From the NCBI RefSeq assembly GCF_009914755.1, contig NC_060944.1: a stretch of DNA of 64,000 bases; one strand, written 5' to 3'. The position numbers were made by a program, and so were the translations under genes. Source of the DNA: the human T2T-CHM13v2.0 reference genome, Homo sapiens. The notes beneath the pieces were generated by a model that was given only the letters and a program-made list of their open reading frames with translations, searched no databases and was not told where the DNA came from. Shown here in pieces: positions 55,334 to 64,000 of the stretch. Numbering within the stretch: position 1 is the first letter of the stretch; every line of letters begins with the position of its first letter.

Positions 55334-55599
55334 TAATTTTATTTTTAAGAAAAATCCAGGAATAGCAGGAGTTCAGGTTTCTGCTTAAGCTGTGTTGTCT
55401 TCTGTGGTTCAGATATATCTGTGTCTGTCTGTCCCACTGTGTGGGTGACTCCTTCAGGGTTTTCCTTGTATGAGGGGTCAGTTTTCATCATAGTCTTGGG
55501 GAAGGGGGACCTTAGTTCAAAGAGGAGAACTTCTACTCTCAAGGAGATAAAATTTGGAAAAAATAACTTCAGCAGTTAGTGATTTTGCAGTTTCAGTAA

Positions 55600-57950
55600 T
55601 CAATACATAAATTATTAAAAAGTATAAACTTGCCAACGTTTGAATTGATGATTTAAAAGATAAAGTTGATGAAATGTGTCATAAAAGAAAGTAGAAACAC
55701 ATAGTTATAGATTCAAAAGGAAAGATAAGAGTTTTGAAGACAGTGCCAGGAGATTAGACTCATTGAATTAACAGGAAGAAAAAAGGAAAGATGAAGGAAA
55801 AGTAATATTTCAAAAAGAACTATAAGACAATGTTTTTGAGCAGCAGAAAGATAAATATACAGTTTTGGGTTTCTTGCTAGGTATCAAAAAATTACTGGGA
55901 AAAAATGTGAACTTTTGAAATTCCAAAATCCTAAGTTACATACAAATGCTTAAAGCTTCCAGTTATAAAAAACTGTTCACATATCAGAGTTAACCTGTTT
56001 AGCCTCAGATTTGCCTCCAATACATGGACGCTATTCCGCAACATGTATAGACTTTTGAGAGGAAAGGCCTGCAATGTCAAATTCTACACATGCATAAAAT
56101 ATTATACACCTATTGCTGAAACAACCATAAGGTGAGAATAGTCTCAGTGAATACAATCCATGTTTATTATTTGGAAAAATATCTGTGAACTCTAAATAAA
56201 TTTCAGTGCAATAAGACTAGAAACCTCAATATATTGGAAGATATAAAAGGGGAAATAACAACAATGAATAAAAGATGGATAAAACAATAGATGGACACAA
56301 TTTCTATGCTTATATACATATCATATATAATTGAATGATGATAATGTTACTGTGAACTTATAAGCACACAGTGAGTCTTTTTGGAAGAGGAAACGTGTAG
56401 CAAGAGAAATCCTTTCAATAGACTGCCCCCCACAAAGAAAACAAAAACTAACAAAAAAACCCCTACTTTTTCAACAAAATTAAGTGGCAGATGTGGGAGA
56501 AGGGGGGGAATAATAAAGAACAAAAAAATTAACATATAATAATATGCCACCACAATGACATACGTGAGATCCAAATAATTAAATTGTTAATATAGGTTCA
56601 TGTGTTATTAATTTATTAAAACATATAATACATTATTTTTAGGAGATCTGTACGGTCTAAAATCACAAAAGATAGTGTAAAGTATACAAAAGTACACAAC
56701 TGAAAGATACTTGAACTGAAAAGTCCCAAAGGATCACAAGGTGGTCAAATCCTAACCACAGCCCACTTCTTATAAAGAATAAGAGCTTTAACCTAACCCT
56801 GTTTGAGAACTGGAGCTGGGCAGAGGTGAGGAGCCATTTACTAATTGCATTTTCTCCAAATTCAGGTTTGACAGGGGTTACTGCAACTTCTAAGATCTCA
56901 TATTGAGGTAAAAAGTGAAGGTATTCTAAACATTTATTTCAGTGGGACGGGGGAGTGGATATGTAAAGTGTCAGTGGGAAAAATACAGGTTTAATTGTGA
57001 CAGTTAAGAAGTGGAAGTTACTACTAGACTAAAAATGCAATAGAGCTTCTAAATTACCAGGAGATTACCAACAGTGAATGAAGAAAAATTTCATTATTGT
57101 TTATTATTAGACAAAAATCTAATGATGCATTGGACAATATTAACATCAGAACAAAGGGAAATCAAGGTCATCGGAACTAAACAAGATAGAGAGGAATATT
57201 ATGTAATAATAAAATTTAACAGTCCATAAGAGACTTACAAATGATGTACATCTTTACATAGCCAATAACACTGCAGAAAAATGTAAGAATTGAGTTAGAC
57301 GTCGAAAGCTACGGTAACTTGTTAAAATAAAATTTCATTGGAAAATTTCAGTGCAACTATTTCAGAATATAAAATCAATGAGGACACAAATAGAATATTT
57401 AAATAATATAATCAATAAACACAATTTAATAGATTTGTATGCAATGTACTATCTTAAAATATGAATATACATCCTTTTAATGTCCTTGGAACACTATAAA
57501 ACAACACTAATACACTTAGATACAAAAAATTTTAATATCTATCCAAAGAGATATTTTATAGGCCTCACTTTTGATCATAGCTTTCTCTCCCCCAAGATTA
57601 AAATCAATAACAAATAAAGTCTATGCCTGAAAAACATAACTAGCTCATTTCTATTTAAAAATGTTTTTCTAACAATACGTGATTAAAGAGGTGAAAATAT
57701 AAGTCACAAATTATATTTAAAGGATGAATGGGAAAAATAAACCCTCATAAAAAAAACCAATGGGTCACAGTCAAAGCTATCTATTTTCACAGGAAAAAAA
57801 TAAATTTCCAGAAGAAATATTTTCAGGGTTAATTAATATATTTTCTGAGGAAAATATGTAGCCTGAACCGCATTTAAAAAATTATTGTTAAAAGAGGAAG
57901 CCTTAAAATAGATTAAAAAAAAAACAACCCTTGATTTCAAGTATACAAGG
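55600..57950 (+). mobile_element. Highly decayed L1ME-type region
   Basis: Strong A-rich bias with L1-like remnants ('ataatataatcaataaacacaatttaatagatttgtatgc', 'gggtcacagtcaaagctat'). Boundaries approximate. Confidence 0.55.
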
Positions 57951-58299
57951 TGTAAGAAACAATGAACAGTTTACAAAAAGAGTTACCTAAAGTCAAAGTA
58001 AAATGTTAGGAAATGATTTGTGATGGGGAAAAATGGATGAAGTGGTCAGGAAAGCCCTTTCTAAAGAACTAACATTCACAGAAAATTAAAGGAACTGAGA
58101 ACATAAGTCAAGTGAAAATCTAGCTATTTATGGGACTTCTCTTTGTGGTACCTGGGATTACTTATTTTTGGTTCATATTGAGGTAGCCAAGAAGGCTTAG
58201 GTAGGTAACTAGAAGAAACAAAATCATTTCCTTTCTTCATTGTTTTATAACAGTGAACCTATCTTTACAGCTTCTTATGATTATGTAGTTAGTATATTT

Positions 58300-59910
58300 G
58301 TATTATAAAAATCAAGAGGAAATATTAAAAAATAAATGTAATTGTCCCTTGAAATTCTGCTGTATGAAGAAAACCAAAATCAATGTTACAGATCATCTGT
58401 TCATGCACCTCTTCATGTATGTGTATATATGTATATACAAATATTATTTTGTTTCTTATGGTACATATTTTAATGCCATGTTTTATTTTTTTCAATGTTT
58501 GATATTTATCTTCTGCTTTCCCTCTTCTGCCTCAGATAACTAAGATTGGCCACATACTGCTACTCTTTCATATCTTATTCAATGCCCAAATGATCAAGTC
58601 ACTGTGACTGTAGCTTTAACTGTTGACACAGATTTAGATGATAACATGGATATAGACAGCAAAATTGTCATCATTATTTTGTTTTAAAAAATGATCACAA
58701 TCATAGTGCTTCTTTACATCTTGTTTTTCTCCTTTCCTCATAGACTGTGGCAATCTTTCCAAGTAATTTGGTCTGAACCAAATGTAGTCTGTTAGTAGTA
58801 AATAATAATCCCTGATATGAATGGACCATAATCTATCCAATCTGTATATTTCTGAATAGTATTCACTTTTCCATTCTAGTTTTTGTTACTGTCAAAAATC
58901 CTGCAATAAATATTTCCATGTATGTATTTTTATATTTTGCTATTTTTATTTATATAAATTTGGCTCTGAGGAGTGAGATCAATGAGTTGAAGAATATGTA
59001 TATTTTTAACTTTTAATGATCCTTTCAAATTGCTTTCCAAAAAAGGTTCATTACTAACTCACATGGACAGCAACAATGTCTGAGCTCCATGCTATCTACA
59101 TCCTTATCAGCAACCATTTTTTTCTCATCTGATAAGTATGAAAGACTACCTTGACATTATTTTTATTTGCATTTTTCCAACAAAAAGGTTGCATGCCTAT
59201 TCTTTTGCTTCCGTTGGTCTTTTATGTTTGTAATTGTAGGAGCTCTCTAATCATACATTTTTCCCATTTTTTCCTGGTGGTGTGTATGTGTTTTTCTTGT
59301 CAATTTGTTATCAATAATATTATTGATAATAGTATTGTAATGTAAAAATGTTATTATTAATAACAATATATTATTGATAATAGTTATCAATAATATTATT
59401 TTAAATATATTGTGACCTTTAATCTAGTATGTGTAGCATGTATCCTGTGTTTCAGTATTGATTTTAAAAATATTTAAATAAACAAAAGTTTAATTTTCAT
59501 ATATTCAAGTATCTCTGCTTTTTCCATTACACTTTTGGGTTTATTGTTTTGGTTATAAAGATTTCACCACCCTTTGGCTTTAACATTTCTCCTGACATGT
59601 TACATAGTTATAATTTTTAAAAATATTTATGTTTTTATTACAGTTATGGTATTTTTAAATATGACATGAAGTAGATATCTAACTATCTCTGTTTTTGATA
59701 GAAAACCAGTTGTGCTGGCATCACTTATTAAATTTCCACTAAATTGAAATACCATTTATTTAATTTATTTAGTTGTCATATATATTTTAGAATCAGATTC
59801 TGGGCACTGTATTCTGTTTCTCTGGTCTGTTTTATTTTTTATGCTAATACAAACTGTTTTCATTACAGAGACATTATCATATCTTTTATTATTTGGCCAA
59901 GCAAGCTCTT
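58300..59910 (-). mobile_element. Highly decayed antisense L1ME-type region
   Basis: T-rich strand with 'aatcctgcaataaatatttccatgtatgtat', 'caaattgctttccaaaaaagg' and 'accagttgtgctggcatcacttattaaat'. Confidence 0.6.
59308..59396. repeat. Cluster of AT-rich inverted repeats
   Basis: Palindromes at 59308-59329, 59349-59365 and 59368-59396. Confidence 0.9.
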
Positions 59911-61360
59911 CCAATTCTTCAGAACCTGAAGCTGAACATAAGTGTTGCCCTCATTCTAATTTTACATATTTTGCTTTTCCAGTGGGATTGTATGGTACCC
60001 AACCTTTCTGTAAGATCATTTTTGCTTAAAAACCTCAAGTGGTTTATGCATTCCTAGCTGAACTCTGAGGGATGCAGAGTATATCAAGGCAGCTAAATAT
60101 TTTATTAATATATACATCTAGCTGGGCAGAGATATTTAGAATAATTAATTTTCAAGAATATCATTTTTAATAGCAACAAGGAATATAAAATGTCTAAGAA
60201 TAAATTTAACAAAACATGTTGAAGACATTTATGGCAGATTTTCATAAAAATACATAATAAAAACATTTGATATATTAAAATTGAAATTGACTGCATAATT
60301 AACAGCATGAAAATAAATGACAAGCCACAGACTGGACAAGGAACTTGGCCAATCGAATAACCTACAATGTTTTAGTACCTAAAATATATAAAGCATTCTT
60401 GCAAATCCAAAATTAAAAATGCAAATAAACTAGTAGAAAAGTGGCAAAAGCCAATAAGGACATAAAAAGATCATAAATTTCGCAATGAATAAAGGATGTG
60501 CAAATTAAAACCACAGTGAGGTATCTTTTTATCCATCATATTTGAATATTTTATTTTTTAATTCACAGTATCATGTTAGTGAGCAAATGCAACTAAAGGG
60601 GCTTTAAGGGTCTATTTATTGATAACAGTAATAGAGATATGCACCATGAAATTATAGAAATCCTAAATTTGTATTCATCTAATAATATGACCTCAAAATA
60701 TATGGGCAAAAGTTGACATTACTAAATGGAGATATGGGCAAATTGATAATCATAGTTGTAAATTTTAATACACTTTTCTCAGTAACTAATGATTCAAGCA
60801 GACAAAAATAACACTAAGGACATAGAAAGTTGAACACCAGATGAACCAACCTGAACTAACAGTCATTTGTAGAACACTACCTGTAGCAACTACAAAAAGG
60901 CATTCTTATCAACTGCACATATAATATTTAACAAAACAGACCATATTCTTGCCTATAAAGTAAGTCTTAACAAATTTCAAAGGACTAAAATCATAGAGCA
61001 TATCCTCTGTCAACAGTGGAATAAAGTTAGAGACCAATAACAGAAAGGTCACTAGAAAATCTCCGAATATTTTGAAACTAAGCAACACATCTCTAGATAG
61101 TCCTTGGGCCAAGAAATAAATTACAATTAAAATTATAAAATATTTTAAAGTAAACTCCAAAATAATATATCAAAACCATAGGATACATTCATAACAGTCC
61201 TCATAGAGAAAATTATTCTTCAAAATGCATATATTAAAAAAGAAAAAAAGGTTAACAATAAAAAATCTCAGTTTTACCATAGAGTATTTAGGGAAAATAC
61301 ATAGCAAATTAAACCCACAGAAAGTAAAAAACTAAAAGAAGATATAAATGAAAGAGTAAA

Positions 61361-61736
61361 TGATATGGTTTGGTTGTGTCCCCACCCAAATCTCATCTTG
61401 AACTGAAGTTCTCATAATTCCCATGTATCGTGGGAGGGACATGATGGGAGGTAATTTAATCATAAAGGCAGTTACCCTCATGCTTTTCTTATGATAGTGA
61501 GTGAGTCCTCACAAGATCTGATGGTTTTATAAGGGCCTTTCCCCCCTTTTGCTCAGAACTTCTCCTTGCTGCCGCCATGTGAAGGAGAACGTGTTTGCTT
61601 CCCCTTCCACCGTGATTGTAAGTTTCCTGAGGCCTCCCCAGCTATGCCTAACTGTGAGTCAATTAAACCTCTTTTCTTAATAAATTACCCAGTCTTGGGT
61701 ATGTCTTTATTAGCAGCATGAAAACAGACTAATACA
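61361..61736 (+). mobile_element. THE1 (THE1C-like) solo LTR
   Basis: tgatatggtttgg...cagactaataca termini. TSD GTAAA/GTAAG. Confidence 0.93.
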
Positions 61737-62317
61737 GTAAGCAAATGAACAAGATAAAAAATGAGAAAAGCTTTTTGTTACAGTGTGAAGAAACAAAATA
61801 TCAACATCAAGATTCCTACAGATCCAGTCATCAGAAGAATCATAACACGATATTAGAAACCAGCATATGCCAATAAATTTGCAAGTTTAAAAGAAATGAA
61901 AAAAAATTTTGAAAAAAAGGAACTATCAATAATGACACAGGACAAAAAATTAGCAAATTGACATAACCCTATATCCATTAAAATAAGCTGAATCTATAAT
62001 TTAAAACTTTTCCTTAAAAAATCTCCATGTCCAGATGACTTCACTAGGCATTTTTTTTCAAAACTGTTCAAAGAAGAAATAATATTAACACACAACATAT
62101 ACAACATGCAACAACAACAGAGAACAGAAAAACAATATTACCAAGCCACTCAATTTAGAAAATAACAATAACATTGATACCAAAACTTGTAAAGAATATT
62201 ACAAAAATAAAAGAAATAAGGATCAACATTGTTCATGAATATAGATGTAAAAATCTAAACAAGATGATAGCATATGAATTTAATGCCAAACGAGAAAAAG
62301 AAGGATACTAACTCACC

Positions 62318-62790
62318 TTTTTAGATATAATTAGCTTATTTAAAAAGAGGGAGATGGAGATTATTTATGATAGAAGAGTTCAGAACTTCAGTGAAATGGG
62401 CATCTTCATGTTGATACCACTTCAGTAGTGATTTATTTCTGTCTACATTCCTTCCAAGAATGTCACCATCTCTAAATAAGAATAATCCTTGTCATCTATA
62501 ACTACTTTGTTGCCTCCATATTCTGGGAGACAAATTTTATCTCCAAATTTCAGACTAATTGGTTGTATCTCTCCACGCTTTCCTTTACAGCCAGACGTAA
62601 CTACCACTACTGTTGCTTGCAATACTTATCCTTGAGATTTTTTGGGAAGCATAATACCTCCTTTGGTTACAGTTTTGACTGCGATACTTTCAACCAATAC
62701 TCAGTCAGAAAGCAAAAAAATTAAAAAAAAAAGTTCTAAATGTTTGTCCTGCCATGACTCCTGTTGTTCTTGTGCTGCTGTTGCATGGAA
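62318..62790 (-). pseudogene. HSPE1: Processed pseudogene of HSPE1 (10-kDa mitochondrial chaperonin, Hsp10/Cpn10)
   Basis: The minus strand from ATG 62755 reads MAGQTFR...D*VLVESIAVKTVTKGGIMLPKKSQG*VLQATVVVVTSGCKGKRGEIQPISLKFGDKICLPEYGGNKVVIDDKDY, then after a frameshift FRDGDILGRNVD, matching HSPE1. It is intronless, with HSPE1-like 3'UTR to ~62318. Disablements: a T-run expansion, TGA at 62703-62701, TAA at 62628-62626 and a -1 frameshift. The ancestral stop position is 62440-62438. The symbol names the parent gene; the pseudogene number is unknown. Confidence 0.93.
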
Positions 62791-63534
62791 AGCCTAATTC
62801 AATTTGCTGAGAGGTACCTTGGAAAAAAGTCTACGGTTAGTGGTAAAATATTAATGGTTTACTTCTGAGATAATAAACAAAATAAGAATATCCATCATCA
62901 TCACTTCAACTCAACATTGCATGTTCTAGCCAGTGGAATGAAGCAAGTAAAATAAATAAATCTGGGAACGTTGGGAAAAAAATCATGATTATTCATAGAA
63001 AACATGTCTGTATATATAGAAAAATGAAAGACTCAAAAAATTAATGGAAGTAAGGAGTGAATTTAGCAAGTTCACTGGATATAGGGTCCATATACAAAAT
63101 AAATTTTGTTTTCATAAGCTAGAACATGCAAGTAGAATATTAAATTTTAAAAGTATTATTTCAATAGCACCAAATTCAGACATATTGCTGTCTAAATCTA
63201 ACAAAAGACATATGCAAGATCTCTACTTTGAAAACTATACAACATTGTTCAATGAACCTAGAAAAGACCTATGCTCTTAAATTGAAGGGCTTAATATTGT
63301 TAAGATGTCAATTCTCTTCAAATTGGTCTATATGCTCAATGCGCTCAATAAAAAGTCCAGTTTTTTTGGAAATTGACAAAGTGATTTTAGTGCATCTATG
63401 TCTGTGTGTGTGTGTACACACACACACTGGACTAAGGCAATCTTAAATAAGAAAAATAAAGTTGGATGACCATATATCAAGATTTAACATAAAGTTTCAG
63501 AAATGAATATACTCTGCTCTTAGCAAAGGATAAA

Positions 63535-63894
63535 CGTATTAGTCCACTCTCACACTGCTATGAAGAAATATCCAAGACTGGGTAATTTATAAAGAAAAGA
63601 TGTTTAATTGACTCAGTTCCACCTGGCTGGGGAGGACTCAGGAAACTTACAATCATGGCAGAAGTCACCTCTTCACAGGGCAGCAGGAGAGCAGAATGAG
63701 TGCAAGCAGGCAAAATGCCAGACACTTATAAAACCATCAGATCTCGTGAGAATTTACTATCACAAGAACAGCATGGGGGAATCCACCCCCATGATCCAAT
63801 CACTTCCCACCCTGGTCCCTCCCATGACACGTGGGGACTATGGGAACTACAATTCAAGATGAGATTTGGGTGGGGACATAGCCAAAACATATCA
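63535..63894 (-). mobile_element. THE1 (THE1C/D-like) solo LTR
   Basis: 'cgtattagtccactctcacactgctatgaagaaata...gccaaaacatatca'. Perfect TSD ATAAA at 63530-63534 and 63895-63899. Confidence 0.93.
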
Positions 63895-64000
63895 ATAAAT
63901 ACATAGAAAAATAAATAGAAGATCCAGACCCCCCCAACCAATACCTCGCAGAATCCACACATTTATGGTCTCCCCAGCAATGAAAAAACAAAGTATCATT

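Larger units (their letters stand above)
60620..64000 (+). mobile_element. Ancient L1M ORF2 remnant hosting three later insertions
   Basis: Colinear decayed EN and RT DNA: 'cagaccatattcttgcctataaagtaagtcttaacaaattt', 'catgtccagatgacttcactagg', 'catgaatatagatgtaaaaatctaaac' and 'gaatttagcaagttcactggatatagg'. Confidence 0.85.

Noticed and set aside
61361-63894. Two THE1 LTRs flanking the HSPE1 copy as an LTR element carrying a captured gene
   Set aside because: The LTRs are in opposite orientation and each has its own 5-bp TSD. They are independent solo LTRs inserted in an older L1.

Overview
Primate (human or great-ape-like) genomic DNA with no recognisable intact protein-coding gene. Nearly all ORFs in the track are chance or repeat-derived. 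The window is intergenic or deep-intronic and dominated by transposons: nine Alus, L1s from young (L1PA2-like) to ancient (L1M), MaLR solo LTRs (MLT1, MST, THE1), many L2/MIR fragments and hAT MITEs. The only host-gene-derived sequence I recognise is an old, disabled processed pseudogene of HSPE1 (chaperonin-10) on the minus strand near 62.3-62.8 kb, nested in an ancient L1. Structural points of note: three L1 insertions with 5' inversions (twin priming); a perfect 43-bp palindrome beside a second hairpin; a perfect 97-bp tandem duplication; a templated-insertion scar in an L1 3'UTR; a cluster of AT-rich palindromes; and several well-formed plus-strand exon candidates ending in a polyA-signal exon, which may be an unannotated spliced non-coding RNA. 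I found no convincing novel biological system. Repeat family names come from recall of consensus sequences, not from a RepeatMasker run, and boundaries of old repeats are approximate.
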